Source: Candidatus Zixiibacteriota bacterium (GTDB lineage Bacteria; Zixibacteria; MSB-5A5; DG-27). Taken from it: DNA of 64,000 nucleotides. Below the pieces are notes generated by a model, which had not been told where the DNA came from, searched no databases, and was given only the letters and a program-made list of their open reading frames with translations. Below are positions 37,235-46,844 of this stretch, one piece after another. Every line of letters begins with the position of its first letter. Position 1 is the stretch's first letter. The position numbers were made by a program, and so were the translations under genes. Location of the stretch: assembly GCA_030605835.1 (NCBI GenBank), contig JAUWHO010000048.1, positions 107,984 to 171,983 of the forward strand, given 5' to 3'.

Positions 37235-38923
37235 TCAAACGGTGTCCTTGGAGCCGGAGGTATGAGAGACGTATACCTCCCCGGCCTCCGTCGGTTCCGT
37301 TCGAGACTGTCTGTATTTCAGGGCAGCTTTTACGAATTCGCGGAAGAGGGGATGAGCTCTGGCTGGACGGGATTTCAACTCCGGGTGAAACTGACTGGCG
37401 ATGAAGAAGGGATGGTCTTTCAGTTCCACAATCTCGACCAACAACCTGTCGGGAGACAGGCCGGAGAGTATCAGTCCCTTCTCTACGAGGTTTTCCCGAT
37501 AATCGTTGTTCAATTCGTAGCGATGGCGGTGTCTCTCCGAGATTTGAGTGTTTCCGTAGATCCGATGAGCCAGACTTCCCTTTTCGATGATGCAAGGATA
37601 AGCACCCAAGCGCATGGTGCCGCCCATCTCGGTGACCTTCTTCTGCTCATCCATTAAGTGTATTACGGGATGAGCGGTTTCGCGATCGAACTCGAAGCTA
37701 TGAGCTTTCTTTAAGCCGCAAACGTTGCGGGCAAACTCAACAGTGGCACACTGCATCCCCAGGCAGATTCCAAGGAACGGGATCTTGTTCTCGCGGAGGT
37801 GACGAACAGCCTCGATTTTCCCTTCAATGCCCCTTTCTCCAAAGCCACCCGGAACCAGGACTCCATCGACGTCGTCAAAGAGCACTGCTGCTCCCTCGGT
37901 TTTGACCTGCTCCGAGGAGATCCACTTTATCTCCACCCTGGTGTCGTTTTCCCCACCGGCGTGAATGAAGGATTCGATGATGCTCTTATATGCATCTTTT
38001 AGATCAACGTATTTGCCGCAAATCGCGATTTTCACATAGTGCTTGGGGTTTTTGATCCGGTTCACGATCTTGCGCCAGAAGCTCAAGTCTAAGTCTTTGC
38101 AGAGAAGCTCTAGATAATGCACCACCAGATTGTCGAGCAGCTCCCCGTGAAAGAGGATAGGCACCTCATAGATGGTCTCGGCGTCGAGGTCCTGGATGAC
38201 CGCCTCGGGAGGCACATTGCAGAACAGAGCTATCTTGTCCTTGGCCGCTTTGGTCAGGGGCCTCCCGGTCCGGCAGACGAGTATATTTGGGGAGATGCCG
38301 ATTTCGCGGAGCTCCTTGACGGAGTGTTGAGTCGGCTTGGTTTTCAGCTCCCCGGCGGATTCGATATAGGGCACCAGAGTCAGGTGGATGTACAGAGTGT
38401 CGTTATCCGCACGTTCCAGGCCCATCTGGCGGATGGCCTCCAGGAAGGGGAGGGATTCGATGTCCCCCACGGTGCCGCCGATCTCGGTTATGACCACGTC
38501 GATCTGGTTATCATTTTCGGCAGCCTTGCGAATACGATTCTTGATCTCATCGGTGATGTGGGGAATGACCTGCACCGTCGCTCCAAGATAATCCCCCCGC
38601 CTCTCACGAGAGATAACGGCTTCGTACACTTGCCCGCTTGTCACGTTGGCGTTCTGATTCAAGTTGACGTCGATGAAACGCTCGTAATGCCCCAAATCGA
38701 GGTCGGTCTCGGCGCCGTCATCCAGAACGAAGACTTCCCCATGTTGAAAGGGGTTCATGGTTCCGGGATCGACATTTATGTAAGGATCGAGCTTCTGCAG
38801 GGTCACCTTGAGACCGCGGCACTTCAAGAGCAAACCCAAGGAGGCGGCCGCAATCCCTTTCCCTAACGAGGAGACGACCCCTCCGGTGATGAAAATATAC
38901 TTTGTATTTCTCTTCGACATCAT
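37235..38923 (-). CDS. pyrG: CTP synthase
   Basis: [59 protein letters not shown]. Confidence 0.97.
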   Translation of the reverse strand: MMSKRNTKYIFITGGVVSSLGKGIAAASLGLLLKCRGLKVTLQKLDPYINVDPGTMNPFQHGEVFVLDDGAETDLDLGHYERFIDVNLNQNANVTSGQVYEAVISRERRGDYLGATVQVIPHITDEIKNRIRKAAENDNQIDVVITEIGGTVGDIESLPFLEAIRQMGLERADNDTLYIHLTLVPYIESAGELKTKPTQHSVKELREIGISPNILVCRTGRPLTKAAKDKIALFCNVPPEAVIQDLDAETIYEVPILFHGELLDNLVVHYLELLCKDLDLSFWRKIVNRIKNPKHYVKIAICGKYVDLKDAYKSIIESFIHAGGENDTRVEIKWISSEQVKTEGAAVLFDDVDGVLVPGGFGERGIEGKIEAVRHLRENKIPFLGICLGMQCATVEFARNVCGLKKAHSFEFDRETAHPVIHLMDEQKKVTEMGGTMRLGAYPCIIEKGSLAHRIYGNTQISERHRHRYELNNDYRENLVEKGLILSGLSPDRLLVEIVELKDHPFFIASQFHPELKSRPARAHPLFREFVKAALKYRQSRTEPTEAGEVYVSHTSGSKDTV

Positions 38924-39684
38924 AGGCCGGCTCTCAGCATCTCGGCAACCTTGGGAATATCCTCCGGCAAATTGACCGCCACCGGATGATAGTCGCAGAC
39001 TATCACCCTTATTTTTTCGCCGTTTTCCAGGGCTCGCAGTTGTTCCAAATGCTCCTGATTCTCCAGCGGAGTTTGGGGGAGCTTGGAGAATCTCAGCAGG
39101 AAATCCTTTCGGTAGGCGTAAACGCCGATATGCTTAAGAGGTCGGCAGGAGTTGGTGGAAAAGATCCTGCTCATGTCTCCACTCAGGTTATTGAGGGAAT
39201 AGGGGATAGGAGCCCTGGAGAAATAGAGAGCAAAACCGGAATTGTCGGTCACCACCTTGACGATATTGAGGTCTTTCAGTTCCTCTACGGATTCAATCGA
39301 GCAGGCAGCGGTGGAGATGTTCAATTGCTGATCTGTGGAGAGGGCTCGAACCAGGCTGTCGACCACTCCGGGCTTCAACAGCGGTTCATCGCCCTGGATG
39401 TTGACCACTATCTCGCAATCCAGGTTAGAAGCGACCTCAGCGATACGGTCGGTCCCGGTGGGATGTTCGGAGGAGGTCATGAGGGCGTTCCCCCCGAAGG
39501 AGCGCACGCAGTCGTAGATTCTCTCATCATCGGTGGCAACAACCAGATAATCGAGGGATTTCGCCCCCGACGCTCTCTCGTAGATGTGTTGAATGATCGG
39601 CTTGCCCAGAAGGTTCGCCAGCGCTTTCCCCGGAAACCTCTTGGAGGTATATCTCGCTGGGATTACCCCGATAGCCTTACGCAT
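38920..39684 (-). CDS. kdsB: CMP-KDO synthetase
   Basis: [53 protein letters not shown]. Confidence 0.95.
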   Translation of the reverse strand: MRKAIGVIPARYTSKRFPGKALANLLGKPIIQHIYERASGAKSLDYLVVATDDERIYDCVRSFGGNALMTSSEHPTGTDRIAEVASNLDCEIVVNIQGDEPLLKPGVVDSLVRALSTDQQLNISTAACSIESVEELKDLNIVKVVTDNSGFALYFSRAPIPYSLNNLSGDMSRIFSTNSCRPLKHIGVYAYRKDFLLRFSKLPQTPLENQEHLEQLRALENGEKIRVIVCDYHPVAVNLPEDIPKVAEMLRAGL

Positions 39685-39689
39685 ATTTT

Positions 39690-39718
39690 ATTTTAAGGAT
39701 CGAGGGAGAGGATGTCAA
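39690..39718 (-). promoter_or_regulatory. Promoter predicting a leaderless kdsB mRNA
   Basis: Minus strand TTGACA, 17 nt, TAAAAT; the -10 ends 5 nt before the ATG and there is no SD. Confidence 0.55.
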
Positions 39719-39846
39719 CCGATTTTTGAAAAAGCTTTGGGAGCGGGTCGACGGCGGACGAATCTCCCCTTTCGCCGTGTTTTTGATGACGGCTTTCTTT
39801 GAATTGGTTTCGGATAGGCGAGATAACTCAATTTGGGAGCGCGGCC

Positions 39847-40419
39847 TTAACGGCCGTAGCGTCCCATCAGCTGGGCCTCTCCGAGGAGGTGTCCCTCCAT
39901 GGCTTTCAAGAGGTCTTTTTTGCTTTTGCCGGGCTCAAGCTCTAGCTCTGAATCGAGGGCATACAGTTTGAAATAATAGCGATGAGCCGGACCCGGTGGA
40001 GGGCAGGGGCCACCGTAACCGACTCTTTTGAAGTCGGTTATTCCCTGTCTGGCACCGCTCTCAAGAGTCTTATCCTTTGCCACCCCCTCTGGCAATTCAG
40101 AAGTCTCCCCAGGGATATTATAAATGACCCAGTGAACCCAGGTTCCCACAGGGGCATCGGGGTCGTCGCAGATGAGGGCGAAGGATCTGGTTCCCTCTGG
40201 AGCTTCGGTCCACTTGAGAGCTGGCGAAATATCCGGTCCGTCGCAGGTGAATTGTGTCGGTATGGTCGCCCCCTCTTGGAAGGCGGAGCTTGTGATTTGA
40301 AATGCCATAATCTTCTCTCCTTCAGGCAACTCCTGTTCTTGCTTCTCCTTTTGACAGCCGCAGGGTGCAGCTATCACGAGGCACAACGTCAATACAACTA
40401 ACCGCAGATACCTTTTCAC
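39847..40419 (-). CDS. YbhB/YbcL (PEBP/RKIP-like) protein with export signal
   Basis: FTCDG..ISP.L.W, DDPDAP..TWVHW, YGGPCPP, HRY.F.LYALD; GTG start at 40419 restores a signal/lipoprotein peptide. Confidence 0.88.
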   Translation of the reverse strand: MKRYLRLVVLTLCLVIAAPCGCQKEKQEQELPEGEKIMAFQITSSAFQEGATIPTQFTCDGPDISPALKWTEAPEGTRSFALICDDPDAPVGTWVHWVIYNIPGETSELPEGVAKDKTLESGARQGITDFKRVGYGGPCPPPGPAHRYYFKLYALDSELELEPGKSKKDLLKAMEGHLLGEAQLMGRYGR

Positions 40420-40466
40420 AACAGCCTCCTTCTGTGAATTCTTTTCAGTGCTCGGGGAGCGGTTAC

Positions 40467-40703
40467 TTACTCTTTGGCCCAGGCGGGCATAGCCTGCATA
40501 TACAATTCCGCCCTTGCCTTGGCCTGGTCCTCGGTGATGGCCGGCTGCCAGGACTGCAGCCACTTGGTAATGCCGCCCAAGATGGCTTCCCGGGGCTGAA
40601 GGTTGCCCTTCTCGTCAGTGCAGTACTTACAATACTGCTCCGATGGGCCTTTGAAATCCGGATTCGCCAAAGGCGCCGCGCAGGATTCACAGAACTTGTC
40701 CAT
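40467..40703 (-). CDS. Small zinc-ribbon protein
   Basis: FCESCAAPL and YCKYC pairs, C-terminal MPAW; RBS GAGAGG. Confidence 0.7.
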   Translation of the reverse strand: MDKFCESCAAPLANPDFKGPSEQYCKYCTDEKGNLQPREAILGGITKWLQSWQPAITEDQAKARAELYMQAMPAWAKE

Positions 40704-40843
40704 GTTTTACCTCCTCTCGTCAGTTGTTGTTCACGAGCAATCAGAACCGCAGTGCTGTGGAGCGCAAAGCCAGCAAAGCTTACTTACTGCGGCCATATCT
40801 TCTTCCAGATTGGCGAAAACAGAGCCGAAGTGGGTGCTCCCTG

Positions 40844-40996
40844 TTATCTAGTGGGGATGTTGTCCTTCTGCCTTCGGAGCTTGCCGTACTTCTCCTTAAG
40901 CTCTCTGAGAAATGCCTCCCGATTGGAAGTATACTTCTTGCTCAAATCTTCACGGACTCTTCTTTGAAAATCAACCGCGTCAAATTTCTTTTTCAT
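40844..40996 (-). CDS. 50-aa basic protein missing from the ORF track; probable partner of the PIN protein
   Basis: Translated by hand: MKKKFDAVDFQRRVREDLSKKYTSNREAFLRELKEKYGKLRRQKDNIPTR; RBS GGAGGT; overlaps the PIN stop. Confidence 0.65.
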   Translation of the reverse strand: MKKKFDAVDFQRRVREDLSKKYTSNREAFLRELKEKYGKLRRQKDNIPTR

Positions 40997-41444
40997 AAAG
41001 AACCTCCCTTGGGCTCCTAATTTCCAAAACGGGGTAGCCCAACTTCAGATTGACAGCGTTGAATCCTCGAATACGATTGAGGTTTACAATCTGCTGGAAG
41101 TTCCAGCTGACTAAAACATCGACACGTTCCACTGAAGCAATGGCGATGTGTTGAGCATCGAGGACATGTTTTGTGGTTACGACTCTATCCTGGATATAGT
41201 TCTGCGCCAGAGCCTCGGCCTCCTCGGTCAGAAAGACATCCTCTAAACTCCCGTGGGGGATTGCCGGCAATACCTCTTTGACTTCCTCCGGGGCGGTTTC
41301 AAGCTCACGTCGAGTGAGATGGGAGATAACAGCAATTCGCAAACCCCGCTGAAATTCATGGAAGAGCTGTTTAGACCACTTGGAGAACTCAGAGTCTTCG
41401 CATCCGCCAATAACTGAGGTATCGATGTAGATTCGCTGTTTCAT
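40980..41444 (-). CDS. PIN domain protein (VapC-like)
   Basis: IYIDTSV, ..RELE.., DAQHIAIA, LVSWNF. Confidence 0.8.
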   Translation of the reverse strand: MKQRIYIDTSVIGGCEDSEFSKWSKQLFHEFQRGLRIAVISHLTRRELETAPEEVKEVLPAIPHGSLEDVFLTEEAEALAQNYIQDRVVTTKHVLDAQHIAIASVERVDVLVSWNFQQIVNLNRIRGFNAVNLKLGYPVLEIRSPREVLYEKEI

Positions 41445-41511
41445 CTTGTCCAAAGCATCTTCTAGGACAAGCCCTTTAGTTCATTATAGCTTGGGGTCAC
41501 ACGGTTGTCAA
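41445..41511 (-). promoter_or_regulatory. Consensus promoter plus inverted repeat upstream of the PIN gene
   Basis: Minus strand TTGACA (41511-41506), 17 nt, TATAAT (41488-41483); inverted repeat CTTGTCC-N13-GGACAAG at 41445-41471. Confidence 0.65.
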
Positions 41512-41534
41512 TTGCAAAAGTGAGGTTGGTGAGG

Positions 41535-41558
41535 TGAAAGGCTGAAGCTTTCCCCTAC
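41535..41558 (-). repeat. Degenerate REP-like hairpin (TTCA-loop family)
   Basis: Minus strand GTAGGGGAAAGC-TTCA-GCCTTTC. Confidence 0.45.
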
Positions 41559-41576
41559 ATCTTTTTCTATTCCGAA

Positions 41577-41939
41577 TCAGCTTGGTGACTTCACTGTTCC
41601 TTTCAATTCATCCCAGGACTGGAGCGCTCTTCTCAGATGTGGTATAGTAATTGAACCGCCGACCACAAGGCCTATGGCGAGTGCCTCCTCAAGTTCCTCG
41701 TCGCTCACATTGTCTTTGTGGCACTGGATGATATGATAGCTAATGCAATCATCGCACCTCAAGACCAGCGAGGCCACCAGACCCAACAGCTCCTTGGTCT
41801 TCGCCGGAAGAGCACCGTCTTGATAGACTTGAGCATCAATGCTGTAGAACCTCTTGATCTCCCGGCCGGCGTATTTCATCACTGTTTCGTTGAGCTTCTC
41901 TCTTTCGGCTCTGAATCTGTCAATGCCGCTTGCAGCCAT
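41577..41939 (-). CDS. Carboxymuconolactone decarboxylase/AhpD-like protein
   Basis: GALPAKTKELLGL, LRCDDCISYH, GGSITIPHLR. Confidence 0.85.
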   Translation of the reverse strand: MAASGIDRFRAEREKLNETVMKYAGREIKRFYSIDAQVYQDGALPAKTKELLGLVASLVLRCDDCISYHIIQCHKDNVSDEELEEALAIGLVVGGSITIPHLRRALQSWDELKGTVKSPS

Positions 41940-41952
41940 ATTTACACCTCAT

Positions 41953-42519
41953 TCAGTATTTATAGCCTTGCACCTCTTCCGGGGTGGCCTCCACTCCCAG
42001 TCCGGTCGCGATTCGGTTAACAAAGTTGAAATAGCTGACTATCAGGTTTATGCTTAATATATCCTCGTCCGAAAGGCCGTGTTCGCGCAGAGTCTCAACG
42101 TCGGCCTGCTCCATTTCACCCGGAGTCAGTGTCAATTTGACCGCATACTCGAGGACTCTCCGGGTTCTATCAGGCAGTTCAACAGACTCGAAGTTTTGTG
42201 CCAGCCTCTGCAGTTTCTCGCGGTCCTTCCAGTAGTAGTTCAAAGCTTCCCCATGATGATTTACACAGTATTCGCAGCGGTTTGCTGCGGAGACAACGAC
42301 AGCTATCAGCTCTCTTTCGGGACGAGTCAAGCCCGATTTCCCGAACATCAGCGAGTAGTAAAGGTCCATGTGTGCCTTCATAGCCCGGGGATTCAAGCTC
42401 TGAACCTTGATGATGTTTGCAACCTTGCCACGTTTCCCCCTTATCTGGTCGTAGACCTCCTTTAACTGCCCGGTAGCTTCGGCATCATCCACGATTCTAA
42501 TCCATGTCATAGGCGACAA
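41953..42519 (-). CDS. Uncharacterised peroxidase-related (AhpD-like) enzyme
   Basis: ERELIAVVVSAANRCEYCVNHH, KLT..P, FNFVNR...GLG. Confidence 0.85.
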   Translation of the reverse strand: MSPMTWIRIVDDAEATGQLKEVYDQIRGKRGKVANIIKVQSLNPRAMKAHMDLYYSLMFGKSGLTRPERELIAVVVSAANRCEYCVNHHGEALNYYWKDREKLQRLAQNFESVELPDRTRRVLEYAVKLTLTPGEMEQADVETLREHGLSDEDILSINLIVSYFNFVNRIATGLGVEATPEEVQGYKY

Positions 42520-42686
42520 CCTCCCCTCAGAGCCGGCCGTTCTGCTGGCCGGTGTTTGATCTTTCCACTTCTCCTCTTTCGAATCCTCTTAAATACCAGG
42601 ATTGTTGAATACTGTCAAGCCACAATTCGAGCTCTCAAGGTTATGATCTCGGTTTTCGAACCTGCTGGTTCTCCGAAACAAAAACC

Positions 42687-42714
42687 TTGACAAAAGAGTA
42701 AAAAGGGGTAAATT
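42687..42714 (+). promoter_or_regulatory. Putative promoter of the 42.8-47.8 kb operon
   Basis: TTGACA, 16 nt, TAAATT. Confidence 0.4.
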
Positions 42715-42806
42715 GCGTAGAAATTGTTTTGACTCTGGAGGTGAGACTATACGATTCGATAGAGATTTTTTGAAACCGTTGACTTTTGGAAGCTGAAGAT
42801 CTCTAT

Positions 42807-44294
42807 ATGAAGAAACGTAGCTCACCACGGGCGTCGCCCTCTTTTACGGTGCCCGCCTTTTTGTTTCTGTCAATCTCGATATTAATCTTTATGCACTGCA
42901 GCAAGTCCACCCAGAATAACGCCCCGGTGATCTCGGAGGTGGTCGTCCCGGATTCGCTGATTGCAGGTTATAGTGGCGGTTTTTTCTCCGTGAAAGTCTC
43001 AGACCCGCAAGGGTCGGGAGACATAGCCTGGGTTTTCCTCGAGATAGGCGCTCCGAACTCCAACTGGAATCCGGGGGTAATCTACCTCCGGGATGATGGC
43101 ACCGGCGGCGATTTCACCGCCAGCGACGGCACATACAGCCTTCTTCTCTCATCACCGCCGGACAGCACCAATCCCGGGGAATATGATTTCGCCTTCAAGG
43201 CTAAAGACAAAGATGGAGCGGAGAGCAACCAGATTGTCGAGAAGGTGAGGATTGCTGGCAACGAGCCTCCGCAACTTTCAAACCTGGTCGCCCCGGATTC
43301 GCTGGAGGCCGGGAAGGACAGCGCCTTCTTCTCGGTTATGGTCACCGACCCCGAAGGCCTGGTCGATATCGCCGCCGTGTATCTGGACATTGAGCATCCC
43401 ACCTCTCCCTGGAATCCCGATACAATGAGCCTCTTCGACGACGGCACTCACGGTGACACTGTCGCTGACGATGGCATATACAGTGTACTCTTGGACCCGC
43501 CGCCGGAATATGCGTTGAACGGTGATTATCAATACATCTTCAGAGCCAAGGATATAAAGGGGAAGACTTCAGAGGCTTTGATCAAAGTGATCAAGGTCAT
43601 CGGCAATCGGGCGCCGATCCTGTCGCATATCGTAGCTCCGGATTCGCTGGTTTCGGGCGGGGACAGCGCCTTTTTCTCGGTGGAGGTTTACGATCCCGAT
43701 GGCGGCACTATTGAGGTGGTCTTCATTGACATAGATAATCCCCTGTCGATCTGGTCGCCGGATTCGGTTCCGCTTTACGATGACGGCACCCACGGTGATG
43801 TCGCCTCTGACGATGGGACCTTCAGCCTGTTGATGTCACCTCCCCCGGATTCGGCTCTTACCGGGTTATACAGTTTCAACTTCAAGGCGGTTGACGATCT
43901 GCAGGCAGTCGGGGAGCTTGCCACCGAGATAGAAATCATCGGCAACTACCCTCCAACCCTTTCAGACCTCTCGGCTCCTGATACTCTTCAGAGGACTAAC
44001 GATACCACCGACACCTGGTTTGCCTCCGTTCTGGTCGAAGATGATCAGGGGCTTTCGGGGATAGACAAGGCGTGGTTCTATGTGATCAAACCGGACGGTT
44101 CTCCGGGGAGCAGTTTTGACCTTTACGATGACGGCACACACGGCGATTCGACAGCAGCAGATGGACGTTACAGTCTGGAGATGCAGAAGCCTAATCTCAG
44201 TAACCAGACCGGTGACTATCGTTTCATCTTCAAAGCCAGAGATATTTATGAGGCAGTTTCTGACAGCCTTTTGTATTATATTCATGTTGAGTAG
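42807..44294 (+). CDS. Lipoprotein with four tandem Ig-like (choice-of-anchor X-type) repeats
   Basis: FMHC lipobox; four units of about 115 aa, each with L(Y/F/R)DDGT(H/G)GD..A.DG.(Y/F)S. Confidence 0.75.
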   Translation: MKKRSSPRASPSFTVPAFLFLSISILIFMHCSKSTQNNAPVISEVVVPDSLIAGYSGGFFSVKVSDPQGSGDIAWVFLEIGAPNSNWNPGVIYLRDDGTGGDFTASDGTYSLLLSSPPDSTNPGEYDFAFKAKDKDGAESNQIVEKVRIAGNEPPQLSNLVAPDSLEAGKDSAFFSVMVTDPEGLVDIAAVYLDIEHPTSPWNPDTMSLFDDGTHGDTVADDGIYSVLLDPPPEYALNGDYQYIFRAKDIKGKTSEALIKVIKVIGNRAPILSHIVAPDSLVSGGDSAFFSVEVYDPDGGTIEVVFIDIDNPLSIWSPDSVPLYDDGTHGDVASDDGTFSLLMSPPPDSALTGLYSFNFKAVDDLQAVGELATEIEIIGNYPPTLSDLSAPDTLQRTNDTTDTWFASVLVEDDQGLSGIDKAWFYVIKPDGSPGSSFDLYDDGTHGDSTAADGRYSLEMQKPNLSNQTGDYRFIFKARDIYEAVSDSLLYYIHVE

Positions 44295-44311
44295 GTTTAC
44301 AGGAGTTGAAG

Positions 44312-45790
44312 GTGAATAGAAAATTCATTTCCATACTGTTGGTTTCGTTTCTCTTTTTGTCAATCTCCCCGGGCTGGGGATACATGAATTACACCTTAGA
44401 AAACGGGGTGCCCCGGATTCCCTCCAACAGCATCATCGAGGTGAAATACGACGGGGAAAACGTCTGGATAGGGACCGGAGAGGGTCTGGCCAAATCGAGC
44501 GACGACGGAGAAACCTGGGTCAAATACGACAGCAGTAATGGCTTAAACGCCACCTCGGTGTCGGCGGCGGTGGCGGCTCCAGGTCTGGTGTGGGTGACAA
44601 CTTCCGGTTACGAGATCGCCGACGGCGATCTCATACCGATCGGGGAGGGACTGAATAAGGGAATCATTTCCCCCGATACCGTCGTCTGGTCGAGCCACAA
44701 TCCGGAGCAGGCCACCTGGTACGGAAAGATCACTTATGATCTGGCTCTTCTGGATACCGTTATCTACGCTGCCTGCTTTTACGGAGGCTTGATCCGCTCC
44801 ACCGACGGTGGTGCCACCTTTGAAAACATCTTCCCGGATTCTGCTGCCGAGTACGACTACGTCAACGATATTTACCAGGATGAAAACAACCGCTTCTTCT
44901 CGGTGATGATCGATACCTTGAGCCCCGATACCGTCATCGTCTATGGTGGCACCGCCGAGGGGATCAATAAGTTCATCTATCACACCTCCATGGCTGAACC
45001 CGATACCGTCTATCACTACTATCGCGGCGACACCCTGACGCAGATAGATGTTCAGTTGCCCGGCAACTTCGTGGTGGCGCTGGGAGTTCAGAATTTCAAG
45101 GGCCAGAAGATCCTCTGGGCCGGCTGCAGGCCCGCGTTGGCAGGTGGAGCGTACGCTATCGCTAAATCTGCCGATGGCGGTGCAAGCTGGATGAACATCT
45201 TTCCCGACCAGGAGTGCTGGAATTTCTCCTTCCAACAAGACAGCATCATCTGGGCCGCCACCGGCGACGGGCTTCACCGTTCGTTCGATTTGGGAGCCAA
45301 CTGGGAAACTTTCACTTATATGCGCGACACCGAGAATCCGAATGTCTTCTTAGAGGGTAACTCCTTCTACTCGGTCGAGGTCGTGGGCGACACCGTCTGG
45401 GCTGGAGGTTCCGACGGTTTGGTCAAGACCACCGACGGCGGCGTTACCTGGAGGGTTTATCGAGCCTATATTCCCATCGGAGACCCCCGGGCTGGCGAGA
45501 GTTACGCCTATCCGGTGCCCTTTTCCACCAAGAGGGGGGACGGGATCGTGAGAGTCCACTATAAGCCGGAATCGAACACTAACGTTACCATCAAGATTTA
45601 CGATTTCGCTTTAGATTTGGTGAAGACGGTTGTTAGCGGCAAACCGGTCTCTGTGGGCGTGGAATACGACGACGATTTCTGGGATGGGAAAAACGGCGAA
45701 GGGGACGTGGTCGCCAACGGTGTCTATTTCTACAATATCGACATGGACGACGGCACCCAGCTCTGGGGAAAGATTGTGCTTCTGAAATAA
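44312..45790 (+). CDS. Secreted BNR/Asp-box beta-propeller with FlgD-type CTD (PorZ-like candidate)
   Basis: S.D.G.(T/S)W repeats; C-terminal AYPVPF..IKIYD..WDGKN.EG..VANGVYFY; GTG start after AGGAG. Confidence 0.7.
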   Translation: MNRKFISILLVSFLFLSISPGWGYMNYTLENGVPRIPSNSIIEVKYDGENVWIGTGEGLAKSSDDGETWVKYDSSNGLNATSVSAAVAAPGLVWVTTSGYEIADGDLIPIGEGLNKGIISPDTVVWSSHNPEQATWYGKITYDLALLDTVIYAACFYGGLIRSTDGGATFENIFPDSAAEYDYVNDIYQDENNRFFSVMIDTLSPDTVIVYGGTAEGINKFIYHTSMAEPDTVYHYYRGDTLTQIDVQLPGNFVVALGVQNFKGQKILWAGCRPALAGGAYAIAKSADGGASWMNIFPDQECWNFSFQQDSIIWAATGDGLHRSFDLGANWETFTYMRDTENPNVFLEGNSFYSVEVVGDTVWAGGSDGLVKTTDGGVTWRVYRAYIPIGDPRAGESYAYPVPFSTKRGDGIVRVHYKPESNTNVTIKIYDFALDLVKTVVSGKPVSVGVEYDDDFWDGKNGEGDVVANGVYFYNIDMDDGTQLWGKIVLLK

Positions 45791-45800
45791 AGGAGAGAAG

Positions 45801-46826
45801 ATGAATAGAGTTTTCATATATCCGCTGCTCATCATCGCCTTCTTCGCAGGTGCGATTTGCTTCGCCGACAGTGAAGATGGCGGATATGCGGGAGTGTTCA
45901 CGACTATGGGGATCGGGGCCCGCCCGATCGGTCTGGGCGGGGCGTTCACCGGGCTGTGCGACGATGTCAACGCCGGTTACTGGAATCCGGCGGGGATTTC
46001 CAGGATAGGAGAGTTCACCATCGGGGGGATGTATCGCCGGCTGGACTTGGACAGAAGGTACAATTTCTTCAACCTGGCAACACCCATCTTGGGCGATGCC
46101 AGTCTGGGGCTGTCGTGGATCAACGCCGGAGTGAGTGACGTCCAGGGGCGAGACTCCGACGGACTCCCGACGGAGGAAATCAAGAACCGCAAAAACACTA
46201 TATTCTTATCTTTTGCTCGCCGCCTCGTTCAAGAGAAGCCAATCGAGATGTTCTCCGTGGGGGTAAACGTCAAATATATCCAGGAGGATCTGGCCAATCT
46301 CAACGCTTACGGGGTGGGCTTCGATCTCGGAGTTTTCTTACAGATTACTGAAGAGTATGCGGTCGGTTTCGCGGTGCAGAACGTCGGCAGTCGCTATAAC
46401 TGGGACAGTGGGAGCTACTACGCACGCTATGGGTCCCAGGGTAGCACCTATAATGAGAGCTTCCCGGTCAACTTCCGTTTCGGGGCCTCCGGCCTGTTTT
46501 TAGATAAACATCTGGTGCTGGCCTCCGATATCGAGAAAAGCAACAAACAGGAAGTTAGAGTCCACTTCGGAGGTGAGTATTGGCTCTTCAAGGAGGTGTT
46601 GAAGGAGGTAGAATCTGAAGAGGGATCGGAGGAAGCCACTGTGAGACTCCTGGTTGAGGACAGGTGGGTCGGCATTCGAGCCGGCTACGATGACGGTCGT
46701 CTCACCTTCGGTGGCTCGTTGTGGCAAGCGGTCAAGTGGTTTGACCTGGGAATCGGGTATGCTTTCGTCACCGCCAAGGTGAACGAGGATCCCGAACATG
46801 TCATATCGATAGAGTTGCAGTTTTAA
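45801..46826 (+). CDS. PorV/PorQ-family outer membrane barrel
   Basis: GIGARPIGLGGAF..DDVNAGYWNPAGI, GFDLG, VQNVG, FPVNFRFG, ends IELQF. Confidence 0.85.
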   Translation: MNRVFIYPLLIIAFFAGAICFADSEDGGYAGVFTTMGIGARPIGLGGAFTGLCDDVNAGYWNPAGISRIGEFTIGGMYRRLDLDRRYNFFNLATPILGDASLGLSWINAGVSDVQGRDSDGLPTEEIKNRKNTIFLSFARRLVQEKPIEMFSVGVNVKYIQEDLANLNAYGVGFDLGVFLQITEEYAVGFAVQNVGSRYNWDSGSYYARYGSQGSTYNESFPVNFRFGASGLFLDKHLVLASDIEKSNKQEVRVHFGGEYWLFKEVLKEVESEEGSEEATVRLLVEDRWVGIRAGYDDGRLTFGGSLWQAVKWFDLGIGYAFVTAKVNEDPEHVISIELQF

Positions 46827-46844
46827 GCGATTGGGACTTGAATT

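Noticed and set aside
40420-40563. N-terminal extension of the YbhB ORF to 40563
   Set aside because: It overlaps the zinc-ribbon gene in another frame; GTG 40419 gives a clean signal peptide.
40724-41020. 98-aa ORF from the track
   Set aside because: No recognisable motifs, and it overlaps the better-supported 50-aa ORF and the PIN stop region.
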